Source of the DNA: an uncultured Acidobacteriota bacterium
GTDB taxonomy: Bacteria; Acidobacteriota; Thermoanaerobaculia; UBA5066
NCBI GenBank assembly: GCA_963779415.1
Contig: CAVZYA010000003.1
Location: forward strand, 335,561-399,560
Reading direction: 5' to 3'
DNA: 64,000 nt
In this document: piece by piece, positions 51,966 through 61,800 of the stretch
Position numbering within the stretch: position 1 is the stretch's first letter
Layout: the number at the start of each line of letters is the position of its first letter
Position numbers and translations under genes: made by a program
Notes under the pieces: model-generated
What the model saw: only the letters and a program-made list of their open reading frames with translations
What the model was told of the DNA's origin: nothing
The model's database searches: none

Positions 51966-54012
51966 TCACTGGGCGTGGACCGTGGCCGGCGAGAGGTCGG
52001 AGTTCGCTCCGTGGCAGGCGCCACAGGCTTCGGCGACGGTCCCGCTCGGGAGGTTCGCCGTGTTGATGTAGGCGTGGGCCTGGAAATCCTGCGCGTCATG
52101 GCAGCCGAGGCAGGCGGCCGTGGCCGGGCCCTGCGGCGAGAAGAGATCGCGCGGGGTGAGCGAGTTGAGGGCCCCGGCCTGGATCGGCGGCGAGAAGGCG
52201 GCGACGCTGACGTGGCAGCGGAGGCAGTCACGCCGGTCGCCCGGATACGTAACGTCAGTGAAGTCGCTGGCGGTGCCGCTGTGTCCATAGATCGCGAAGT
52301 CGGTGACGAGCTGATCGCCGGTGTGGATCCGATGGATCATGTGGGCGAAGGAGATCCCTTCCGCCGGGCCGGGGTTGGTCCCGCGAGCGGAAGCGTCCGT
52401 CCCGTTCGGGTTGTGGCACTGGACGCAGAACTCGATGGAATTCCGCTGTCCGCCGTGCGAGAAGAGGTTCGAGAGGTTGTAGTGGCAGGCGTTGCAGAGC
52501 GTCAGCGAGACCGCCGTCCGGCGCGCCATGACCGGGCTCCCGTCGACCGAGACGTTGTAGATCGGGTTCGGCCCGCCTTCCGTGAAGCTGATCGTCCCGC
52601 CAACGGCCTTCTGCAGCGTGACGGTCCGGCGGTACTGCGCGCTGAAGGTCCAGGTCCCCTTGGCGTCGGCCGGCATGGCGGTCGTGAAGGTGTAGGTCGC
52701 GACGCCCGTCGTCGCGTTGTACGCGGCGCCCGTCGCGCTCTGGCTGATGGGCTGCATGTAGTAGTCGGTCGTGGTGCCGTTCATCGTGAGACTGAGCGAG
52801 AGGCCCGTCGAGCTGGGCGGGATGGCGTTGCCGTCGTTCTGGGTGACCTTGAAGGTCACGGTCGGCTTCTGCCCCGGCCCGACGCTCGTCGCCGAGAGGA
52901 TCGTCACCTTCAGACCCTTGAGCTGCTTGGAGTCGGAGGGGACGATGTGGGCGTTCTTGATCGACGTGTCGTATTCGTCGGTCCCCTGGGGTGGGTGGCA
53001 CGACGCGCACGCCGTGTCGTCCGTCTGCGGGAGGTTCTGGGCGCTGTGTCCGGCCCCCGTGACCCAGTTGATCTCGGCGTGGCAGCCGCCGCACGCGGCG
53101 CGGGTCGGGTAGGTGTACCAGACGCCGCCGCCGGAGAGCGACGAATCGTGGCAGGCCGCGCAATTCCGGCTGTTCCCCGCCATGCCGGGAACGGGAGAGT
53201 CCACCTGCGGGAAGGTCATCGCGATCGTGGAGTTCCCGCTGTGAATCTGGTGGAACCAGTTCTGGCCGTTGTACCAGTTGCCGTTCGCGTTCCGGGTCGG
53301 GAAATTGTTCACGTTGTGGCAGATCGCGCAGACCTTCGCCTCGCGGTAGTTGCCGCCGTGAGGCGCGATCGGGTCGTGGCACGCGTTGCACTTCGCCGTC
53401 GTCGTCACGTTCCAGTTCGTCGTGGCGGCGCCGGTCGACGGAATGAAGTCCTGACGTCAGGTTGACGTAGTAGTTCTTCCCGAGGATCGCGGAGGTCGCC
53501 CGGCTCGCGCCCATGAAGAGCGTCACCGGCTTCGTGTTGTCGAAGCTCGGGAGGGCCTTCGCGAACGTGTACTTGTAGTGGCCCATCGCGATCGTCTGGA
53601 TCGTCCCGGTGTTGTCGCGGCGAGGGACTGCCGTTCGAATCACGATCAGGTTCGTGTAGTAGTGGCCGTCCCACGTCGCGACGGTGAACCGGACGCTGAT
53701 CGTCCCCGGCGTCGCGAGGCCGGCGGCGTCGAGGGGCCGGCCGAGGTCGTCGGTGAGGAAGTACTCGACGGTCGGCTTCTGCCCGCCGGCCACGTTCGTC
53801 CAGCCGGCGATCGTCGCCTTGAGGCCGGGCTGAAGGCCCCACGCCGTCGCCGCGTCGAGGTAGTACTCCTTCTGGTTGACCTGATATGAAGCCTGGGCGG
53901 GTGTCCCGTCATCCGTCGCGGACGAGGCGCCGCTCGTCTTCGGAGCCGACGGTCCGAGAGCGACCGCTCCGGCCGCCATCAGAATCAAGAGGCCGCGCTG
54001 CACTCCTACCAT
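51966..54012 (-). CDS. mtrC: OmcA/MtrC family decaheme cytochrome c (frameshift near 53457)
   Basis: Ten CXXCH arranged 5+5 around a beta-sandwich linker (GVATYTFT), with HGG..R, MIHRIH and YPG..RDC. The heme-free N-terminal domain (GHYKYTF) is in ORF 52255..54012; GGAGGAG RBS. Confidence 0.9.
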
Positions 54013-54240
54013 GAGAACTCCTCCTTCCGGCTCGTGTGGGGCCGGAAAACCGAATTCGATTTACCAGGGGAAAGGGGGAAAACCTGATCCGGAGCCGGGA
54101 GGCTGCGGAGAACAGAAGAGACCTCACCGCGAGGCGTGTCGTGCATGCGACAGGGTCGCGGACGCGGTTGATGCAAAGGCATTTTGGTTCAATCGGGGAG
54201 GCTAGGTTCGGGGGGCTCACCTCGATATGATTCAGATGCG

Positions 54241-55009
54241 CTATTCAGCATGATTCAATTTCTTGGACGCACTCACCCAGGCCGTAACCCCGAAGGGAAA
54301 GCGCCACTTTCCGAGGAGCGCAGCCTCCAGCCGGAGAACCCCTTCGAGAATTCCGTTCAGAGCGGCCGGAGCAAGGTGGAACTCCGAGCGGACGGCCGCC
54401 GCTTCGCGGGGCGGAGCCATGACGGCGCGCGCCCGGCGGACGGCGAAGATACCGGGCGAGAGAAAGAAGTTCGCGTAGCCGGTTCGACTTACGAGGAGTC
54501 CCGAGCTTCCGGCCAATGAAGCGAAGTCCGGGGCCGAATAGCGCCGGAGGACGTGCGTGGCGACGTCCTGCTCGCCCGCGAACGCCCGGAGGGCCGCCGT
54601 CGTCAGGTAGACGGGCGCCTCCGGTGCCGCGACGCGGGCGATCTCCCGGGCGGCCTTCACGTCGTCCGGTACATGGGCGAGGACGTCGCGGCAGGAAACG
54701 GCGCCGAAGGTCCCGCTCCGGAACGGAAGGCGTTCGGCGGTTCCGATGACGAGGCGGGTGAGCCCCCGCCGCCGGCAGAGACGAATCGCCTCGAAGGAGA
54801 GGTCGAGGCCGACTCCTCTCACGGCGCCGTCAGGGGGAGCCATGTCGACGAGGTTCGCGCCGGTGCCGCAGCCGACGTCGAGAAGTCGCGCCCCCGGAGG
54901 GAGCGCGAAGAGCGCGGGCGCCCGCGCTCCGGGCGATTCTCCGCATTCCGCGGTACCACCAGTACCGCTCCTCGACGCGGAACATCGTCTCGTATTCAGC
55001 GGGATTCAA
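54241..55009 (-). CDS. Class I SAM-dependent methyltransferase (frameshift near 54920)
   Basis: EY..MFRVEERYWWYRG, then LLDVGCGTG in the shifted frame, LPF..G.F, DVLAHV.DD and H.LRRYS. Confidence 0.82.
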
Positions 55010-55039
55010 GGGCGCTCCGTTCCTATAATGCCGCCTTCC

Positions 55040-56185
55040 GTGAGCGACAAGCGCCGGCTTCTCCTCGTCACGCTGGCGTGGATCGCCTGGATCTGGCTGA
55101 TCGCTCTCGTCGCCGACACCTCGATACCGTGGCTCCGGGGGCCGACGAAATGGGGCTCCGACCTCGTCCGGCGCGCCACGCCGCTCGCGCGCTGGGACTC
55201 GGGCTGGTACCTCTCGATCGCAGAAGAGGGCTACCAGCCGCCGCCCCGCGTCTTCGGGCAGGAGACGAACCACGCCTTCTTCCCGCTCTATCCCCTCCTC
55301 GTCCGGCTCCTTTCGCGGACGACCGGGATCGAGACTTCGCTCGCGGGAAACCTGATCTCGGGCGCGGCTTTCCTCGGGGTGGTCCTTCTCTTCGCGGAGT
55401 GGGTCCGGACTCGCTGGGGCGAGCCGCGGGTCTTTCCTTCGCTCCTCGCCCTCCTCGCCTTTCCGACCTCCTTCTTCTTCCTCTCCGTCTACACGGAGTC
55501 GCTCGCGCTCTTCCTCGCGCTTCTCGCGGTCGTCTCGATCGACCGGAGCCGCCCTCTCGCGGCCGTCCTCGCCGGGTACCTGTCGGGACTGACCCGGATC
55601 ACCGGCGTCGTTCTCGCGCCCTACCTCGCGCTCTCCTCGATGGCGAAGAGCCGGAAGGAAGGCCGGGGGTGGGGGCGCGCGATCCTCGCCGGCCTCCTGA
55701 CCGGCCTGCCGCCGATCCTCGGCTTCCTCACCTTCTGCGCCTACTTCGAACGCCGCTTCGGGGACCCGTTCCTCTTCATGAAGGCGCAGCACAACTGGGG
55801 AACCGTGGAGAAGACGGCGCTCGACGGCCCTCGCCTCATCGCCCGGACGATCGCCGCCGACGTCGCGACCGGGCGGATCTTCCACGTGAGCCCGGTGCGG
55901 ACGCTGGAAGGGGTCTTCCTTCTCCTCTTCGCTCTTCTCGCGGTCCGCCTCCTTCGCGAGAAGCGGTGGATCGAGTCGCTCTACGTCTTCATGACGATCG
56001 GCCTCGTCCCCTTCACCGGAACGCTCGAGAGCGCCGGGCGCTACGTCCTGCCGGCCTTTCCGGCGTTCGCCATTCTCGGCGGCCTCCCGGTCCGCCCCTC
56101 GTTCTGCCGCGTCGCGCTCGTCCTCGGGCTCCTCCTTCAGGCGGCCTACGTCGCCGTCTTCGTGAACTGGCTCTGGGCCGGCTGA
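55040..56185 (+). CDS. GT-C mannosyltransferase family protein, PIG-V/Gpi18-like
   Basis: RWDSGWYLSIAEEGY, AFFPLYPLL, FPTSFF..VYTESL, TR..G, GDP..F..AQ..W and RY...AFP; multi-TM. Start GTG 55040 or ATG 55028. Confidence 0.85.
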   Translation: MSDKRRLLLVTLAWIAWIWLIALVADTSIPWLRGPTKWGSDLVRRATPLARWDSGWYLSIAEEGYQPPPRVFGQETNHAFFPLYPLLVRLLSRTTGIETSLAGNLISGAAFLGVVLLFAEWVRTRWGEPRVFPSLLALLAFPTSFFFLSVYTESLALFLALLAVVSIDRSRPLAAVLAGYLSGLTRITGVVLAPYLALSSMAKSRKEGRGWGRAILAGLLTGLPPILGFLTFCAYFERRFGDPFLFMKAQHNWGTVEKTALDGPRLIARTIAADVATGRIFHVSPVRTLEGVFLLLFALLAVRLLREKRWIESLYVFMTIGLVPFTGTLESAGRYVLPAFPAFAILGGLPVRPSFCRVALVLGLLLQAAYVAVFVNWLWAG

Positions 56186-56192
56186 GGCCCCG

Positions 56193-57305
56193 TCAGCCCG
56201 CCAGGGCCCGCGCTTCTTCGCGCACGGCCCCGGCGACGGCGCCGGCCTCTTCGTCCGAGAGCTCCGGGTGAAGCGGCAGGGAGACGACCTCGCTCACGGC
56301 GCACTCGGTGGCCGGGAGCGGCCCGCGCGGGAAGTCCGCGAAGGCGGTCTGCTGGTGGACGGCGGCCGGGTAGTGGACGTCGGTTCCGATCCCCCGCCGA
56401 CGGAGGCTTTCGCGAAACGTCTCGCGCGAAACGGTCCGGACGACATAGAGGTGGTGGCAGGGCTCGACGCCCGGGCACGGCGCCGGCGGGACCGAGAGGC
56501 CGGGAATCCCCGCGAGCGCGGCGTCGTATCGCGCCGCGAGAGCCGCCCGACGGCCGTTCCGCTCGCGGAGGCGCGCCAGCCGCTCCCGAAGGAGCGCCGC
56601 CTGAAGCTCGTCGAGGCGGCTGTTGAAGCCGGGCTCGGCCGCGTCGTTCCGCGTCTCGTATCCGTACATCCGGAGGCGCCGGAGCCGCGCCGCGACGTCG
56701 GCGTCCCGGACGGTGACGAGGCCGGCGTCCCCGAGCGCCCCGAGGTTCTTCGTCGGATAGAAGCTCCAGGCCGCCGCATCGCCAAAGGTCCCGACGCTCC
56801 GTCCCGAAATCCGGGCGCCATGCGCCTGCGCGCAGTCCTCGACGACCGCGAGGGCATGGGAACGGGCGAATGCGACGATCGCCTCCATCGGCGCCGGCCG
56901 TCCGTAGAGGTGGACCGGGACGACCGCTCTCGTCCGCGGCGTCCGCGCCGCGCCGAGACGCGCCGGGTCCATCGTCAGCGTCGCCGGATCGACGTCGACG
57001 AAGACCGGGCGCGCCCCGGCGTTCACGATGCCGGTCGCCGTCGGGGCGCAGGTCATCGAGACGGTCAGGACGTCGTCCCCCTCTCCGATGCCGAGCGCGC
57101 GGAGGGCGAGCGTGATGGCGTCGGTCCCGCTCGCGCAGCCGACGGCGTGCGGCGCTCCGACGAACGCCGCGAAGTCGGCCTCGAAGGCTTCGACCTCGGG
57201 ACCGAGGACGTACCAGCCCGAGGCATGGACGCGGGCGAAAACGGAGCGCATCTCCTCGCGTTCCCCTGCGGCGAGGCCGGCGAGGTCCAGGAAGGGGACC
57301 TTCAT
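56193..57305 (-). CDS. DegT/DnrJ/EryC1/StrS nucleotide-sugar aminotransferase
   Basis: VPFLDL, SGTDAI, PVHLYG, EDCAQAHG, SFYPTKNLGALGDAG and NSRLDELQAA. Confidence 0.95.
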   Translation of the reverse strand: MKVPFLDLAGLAAGEREEMRSVFARVHASGWYVLGPEVEAFEADFAAFVGAPHAVGCASGTDAITLALRALGIGEGDDVLTVSMTCAPTATGIVNAGARPVFVDVDPATLTMDPARLGAARTPRTRAVVPVHLYGRPAPMEAIVAFARSHALAVVEDCAQAHGARISGRSVGTFGDAAAWSFYPTKNLGALGDAGLVTVRDADVAARLRRLRMYGYETRNDAAEPGFNSRLDELQAALLRERLARLRERNGRRAALAARYDAALAGIPGLSVPPAPCPGVEPCHHLYVVRTVSRETFRESLRRRGIGTDVHYPAAVHQQTAFADFPRGPLPATECAVSEVVSLPLHPELSDEEAGAVAGAVREEARALAG

Positions 57306-58312
57306 GACGTCGCGTCCCAGTAGTGCGCGCCGTGCTCGCGGAAGTAGGCGACGGTGCGGCGGAGCCCCTCCTCGAGGCCGACCGCCGGCTTCCAGCCGCT
57401 CGCCTCGCGGAAGCGGCGCGCGTCCGTCGAGAAGTCGCCGATGTCGATCCGCTTCCGCTCTTCGGGAAACGGGACGATCCGGACGTCGCCGGCGCCCGCG
57501 ACCCGGATCAGCGTCTCGGCGAATTCGAGGAGCGAGACCGACTCCTCGCGGCCGCAGTTCCACGCCTCGCCGTTTCCCGGGACCTTCTCCGCCGCGAGGA
57601 GAAACGCCTCGACGGCATCGTCCACGAAGAGGACGTCGCGGCGCTGCTGCCCGGTCCCGAAAAGCTCGAGCGTCTCGCCCCGGACCGCCTTCCGGACGAG
57701 CCAGCCCGTGAAGCTCGCACGGGAGTGGGCGACGAGCTGCCGGGGGCCGTAGACGTTGGTCAGCCGGAGGACCGCCGTCGAGAGCCCCAGCCGCTCGGCC
57801 GCGACACGCGCGTAGAACTCGGCGGCGATCTTGGAGACGCCGTTGTAGTCCGGCGGACGGAGCGGATGGGTCTCGTCCACCGGAAGCCGCAGCGGGTTTC
57901 CGTAGACCTGACGCGTCCCGGCCACGACGATCCGTGCCGAGGGGTTCACGCGGCGGCAGGCGTCGAGAAGGACGACGGTCGTCGCGGCGTTGTCGACGAG
58001 ATCGTCCACCGGGCGCACGAGGCTGTCGACGTGGCTCACCTTCCCCGCGAGGTGGAAGACGACGTCGCACCCCGCCACGGCCGCGTCGGCCGCCTTCTGG
58101 TCGTCCGCCCGGCCGATCGCGATCGAGAGGGTCGCGCCCGGCTCGGCCACGCCGAGATTGAAGCGATTGCCGCCGTCTCCCCTCGTCAGCGCATCGAGAA
58201 CGCGGACCCGCGCTCCCTCCGAAAGGAGCTTCAAGACGAGATTCGACCCGATGAAGCCGAGGCCGCCGGTGACGAGCGCGGTCCTCCCCGTGAACCGTCC
58301 GGTTGCTCTCAC
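57302..58312 (-). CDS. NAD-dependent sugar epimerase/dehydratase
   Basis: VTGGLGFIGSNL, VFHLAG, NGVSK (the YxxxK Tyr appears replaced or shifted) and LRLTNVYGPRQ. Confidence 0.92.
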   Translation of the reverse strand: MRATGRFTGRTALVTGGLGFIGSNLVLKLLSEGARVRVLDALTRGDGGNRFNLGVAEPGATLSIAIGRADDQKAADAAVAGCDVVFHLAGKVSHVDSLVRPVDDLVDNAATTVVLLDACRRVNPSARIVVAGTRQVYGNPLRLPVDETHPLRPPDYNGVSKIAAEFYARVAAERLGLSTAVLRLTNVYGPRQLVAHSRASFTGWLVRKAVRGETLELFGTGQQRRDVLFVDDAVEAFLLAAEKVPGNGEAWNCGREESVSLLEFAETLIRVAGAGDVRIVPFPEERKRIDIGDFSTDARRFREASGWKPAVGLEEGLRRTVAYFREHGAHYWDATS

Positions 58313-59089
58313 GGCCGCGGGACCGGGAGTTCCGGGCGCGACGGGGCCGGATGGCCGGCGACGTTCACCGGGGTGTCGCGCACGACATTCAGCTCCCACC
58401 AGAGCCGGAGGATGTTCACCCCGGTCGCGAAGAGCCGGCGGAAGTTGAAGAACTGCGACCGGCCGTGGACCCGGTGGAAGTGGTGGACCGGGTAGTCGAC
58501 GAAGCGGTAGCCGGCCCGCTCCAGCTTCTTGACGAGCTCGAGGCAGATGACGCCGCTCGAGTGCTTCAGCGAGATCGCCTCGAGGGCCGAGCGCCGCATG
58601 AGGCGGAAATCGCAGTCGACGTCCCGGACCCGGAACTGGAAGAGGAGCCGCATCAGGACGAGGTAGACCTTCCCGATGACGATCCGGTGCCAGGGGTCGG
58701 AGCGAGCGATTTTGTAGCCGTTCACGACGTCCACCCCTTCCTGCAGGGCCGGGAGGAGCTTCTTCAGCTCGAGGACGTCGTACTGGCCATCGCCGTCCGT
58801 GTAGAAGACGAGGTCCTTCGTCGCAACGGCGAAGCCGCTCCGGAGCGCCCCGCCGTAGCCGCGGTTCGTGTCGTGGTAGACGACACCAAGCTCCGGATAG
58901 CGGGTCTTCAGCTCCTCGAGAATCGCGCGGCTCGCGTCAGCGGAGCCATCGTCCACGACGACGATCTCGAACGGGCGTCCCGGACTCGGTCCCGACGACG
59001 TGCGCCCCGGCCACGAGGGAGCCGATCGTCCCCGCGTCGTTGTAGCAGGGGAAGAAGATCGTCAGGCTCTCCGGAACGCGCGCGGCCAT
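58309..59089 (-). CDS. GT2 polyprenyl-phosphate glycosyltransferase, DPM1/GtrB-like (frameshift near 58985)
   Basis: My translation from ATG 59089 gives LTIFFPCYND; the shifted frame gives EIVVVDDGS, NRGYGGALRSG, YTDGDGQYD and DVDCDFRL. Confidence 0.9.
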
Positions 59090-59135
59090 CCGCGGACGAT
59101 TCTATCCGCCGTCCCGGTGCTATCTTCCGCCGCCC

Positions 59136-60762
59136 ATGATCTCGTTATCCGCCGTCGGCAAGCAGTACGGCCGTCAGGTTCTCTTCGTCGACGCCTCCTT
59201 CCAGCTCAACCCCGGCGAGAAAGCCGGCCTCGTCGGCCCGAACGGCTCCGGAAAGACGACCCTCTTCCGGATGATCGTGGGCGAGGAGCACGCCGACGAG
59301 GGGGACGTGTCGGTCCCGAAGAAGCTCTCGATCGGCTACTTCCGGCAGGAGGTCGACGAGATGTCGGGGCGGTCGGTCCTCGACGAGGCGATCGCCGGGA
59401 GCGGGCGCCTCGGCGACCTCCACCACGAGCTGGAGACGCTGACGCACGCCCTCGGCGACCCCGCCCGGGCCGCCGAGATGGACGCGATCCTCCACCGCTA
59501 CGGCGAGGTGCAGGGCGAATACCAGCAGCGGGGGGGCTACGAGCTTGAGGCCCTTGCTCGCGAGGTCCTTCACGGCCTCGGCTTTTCCGACGCGACGATC
59601 GACGGGGACGTCGGCGCCCTCTCGGGGGGCTGGAAGATGCGCGTCTCGATGGCGAAAGTCCTCATCGGCCGCCCCGATGTCCTCCTGATGGACGAGCCGA
59701 CGAACCACCTCGACATCGAGTCGATCCTCTGGCTGGAGGAGTACCTCAGGGCCTTTCCGGGGACGCTCCTGTTGACGTGCCACGACCGGGACTTCCTGAA
59801 CCGTGTCGTCACGAAGATCGTCGAGATCGACGGCGGCGAACTCGTCAGCTGGTCGGGGAACTACGACTTTTACGAGCGCGAGCGGACCGTGCGCGAGATC
59901 CCAGCGCGAGGCCGCCTACGCGCGTCAGCAGGCGATGCTCGCCAAGGAGCAGCGGTTCATCGAGCGCTTCTCGGCCCACGCCGCCAAGGCCGCTCAGGTG
60001 CAGAGCCGGATCAAGAAGCTGGAGAAGATCGAGACGATCGAGCTTCCGAAGCGCCGGGTCGTCGTCGACTTCGACTTCCGGACGCCGCCCCGCTCCGGCG
60101 ACGACGTCGTGGCGCTCGCGAAGGTGACGAAGGCGTACGCGGGCCGGACGCTCTACGACGGCTTCGACTTCCTGATCCGGCGCGGCGAGCGGTGGTGCGT
60201 CATGGGGGCGAACGGCGCCGGAAAGACGACGCTCCTGAAGATGGTCGCCGGCACGCTCGCGCCCGATGCGGGGGCCGTGAAGCTCGGCGCGAGCCTGAAG
60301 CTGGGCTACTTCGCCCAGCAGTCGCTCGAGCTTCTCGACCCGGAGCTGACCGTCCTCGAACAGATCCAGAAGGACTTCCCGGCCGAGGGGCTGGGGCTCC
60401 TCCGGAACCTCCTCGGCGCGTTCCAGTTCTCCGGCGACGAGGTCCACAAGACGATCCGGTACCTCTCGGGGGGCGAGAAGTCGCGCCTCGTCCTCGCCCG
60501 GATGCTCTTCGACCCCCCGAACTTCCTCGTCCTCGACGAGCCGACGAACCACCTCGATCTCGCGACGAAGGAGATGCTCGTCAAGTCGCTCCGCGACTTC
60601 GCTGGGACGATGCTCTTCGTCTCCCACGACCGGATGTTCCTGCGCGGCCTCTCGAACCGGGTCCTCGAGGTCGGCGAGCCCGGCGGCCCGGTGGCGTACG
60701 GCGGGGCGTACGAGGAGTACGTGGCGAAGTCCGGCCACGAGGCGCCCGGCGTCCACCTCTGA
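59136..60762 (+). CDS. ABC-F family ATPase (frameshift near 59900)
   Basis: Two NBDs (GPNGSGKT/LSGGWKMR/DEPTNHLD and GANGAGKT/LSGGEKSR/DEPTNHLD), no TM domain. Confidence 0.93.
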
Positions 60763-60786
60763 TAAAACCTCTCTTCAGATTCGGAC

Positions 60787-60804
60787 CCGGTACAACCGGT
60801 ACAA
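60787..60804 (+). repeat. Tandem 9-bp direct repeat ccggtacaa x2 just before the comEA-like RBS
   Basis: The sequence reads ccggtacaa-ccggtacaa-aaggag. Confidence 0.6.
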
Positions 60805-60815
60805 AAGGAGAGAAT

Positions 60816-61501
60816 ATGAAAGCCACATTCCGCCTGACGGCGATCGCCGCCGTCCTCGCCCTGATCGGCCTCGGCGCCCCGACGGCGCTCGCCGCGAAGA
60901 AGACGCCGACGCCGGCCCCCACCCCGGCCGCATCGCCGGCCGCCGCGCCGGTCGACGTCAACTCCGCCGACGAAAAGGCACTCGCGTCCCTTCCCGGCGT
61001 CGGGGACAAGACGGCGAAGGAGATCATCAAGGGGCGCCCCTACAAGAGCGTCGACGACCTCGCGAAGGTGAAGGGGATCGGCGAGAAGAAGCTCGCGAAG
61101 CTCAAGCCGCTCGTCACCGTCGGTGGGGCACCGGCCGCGGCTCCCGCCGCGAAGCCGAGCCGCCAAGAGGCGCCGCTCCCGTCGCGGCTGCTCCTGCCGC
61201 CGCTGCCCCCGCGGCCGCTGCTCCGGCCCCTGCGCCTAAGGCTCTCGCGGCCCCGGCCGCTTCTCCTGCGGCCGCGGCGGCTCCCAAGCCCCCGGCCCTC
61301 GCCCCGGGAGAGAAGATCAACATCAACACGGCGCCGCTGGAGGCTCTCGACCGGCTCCCCGGGATCGGGCCCGTCAAGGCCCAGGCGATCCTCGACTACC
61401 GCGCGAAGCAGAAGTTCGCGACGATCGAGGAGATCATGAAGGTCAAGGGGATCAAGGAAGGCGAGTTCGCCAAGATCAAGGACCTGATCACCGTCAAGTG
61501 A
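60816..61501 (+). CDS. ComEA-like secreted DNA-binding protein with two helix-hairpin-helix domains (frameshift near 61160)
   Basis: Signal peptide, VDVNSA....LASLPGVG...A..II..RPY.SVDDL.KVKGIG, an Ala/Pro linker, then KININTA....LDRLPGIGPVKAQAI..YR...F..IEEIMKVKGI in the shifted frame. Confidence 0.88.
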
Positions 61502-61509
61502 CGCCCCCG

Positions 61510-61537
61510 GGAGGCCCCGCGCCTGCGCGGGGCCTCC
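61510..61537. terminator. GC-rich hairpin after the comEA-like gene
   Basis: ggaggccccgcg-cctg-cgcggggcctcc, a perfect 12-bp stem with no U-tract. Confidence 0.5.
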
Positions 61538-61593
61538 GCGCACGTTCCTCGGCGGGAATCGACAAGCCGGACTCGCGTGTCGAGAATGGCTCG

Positions 61594-61734
61594 GTGTCGG
61601 CACCCGAGAAGCACCCCCTGTCGCAGATCCTCAGCCTGACCGACTTCGTGGCGGCCCTCGGGTACTTCGTGGACATGTTCGACCTGCTCCTCTTCCCCAT
61701 CGTGCGGCAGCCGAGCCTGACGGACCACGAGTGA
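61594..61734 (+). pseudogene. Truncated N-terminal fragment of an MFS transporter
   Basis: VAALGYFVDMFDLLLFPIVR.PSL matches an MFS TM1 pattern; the frame stops after 46 codons with no continuation before the convergent kinase. Confidence 0.65.
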
Positions 61735-61800
61735 GAGATGGGGAGCCCGACGCAGAGTATGTGGATCACGACGCCGGTGCGCATAAGAGACTCGCAGGTT

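Noticed and set aside
48962-54012. Mtr operon as a mobile genomic island
   Set aside because: No integrase, transposase, tRNA or flanking direct repeats seen; composition looks host-like.
54013-54240. FNR/Crp site or sigma-54 promoter upstream of mtrC
   Set aside because: Only a half site (TTGAT) is visible and no GG-N10-GC with correct context.
61130-61310. Repetitive gccgc-rich tract as a CRISPR or tandem DNA repeat
   Set aside because: It encodes the low-complexity Ala/Pro/Lys linker of the ComEA-like protein; no regular repeat-spacer structure.
59136-61439. 767-aa ABC-F/ComEA fusion suggested by the ORF track
   Set aside because: Artefact of the ABC-F frameshift; ABC-F ends at 60762 and the comEA-like gene has its own RBS and signal peptide at 60816.
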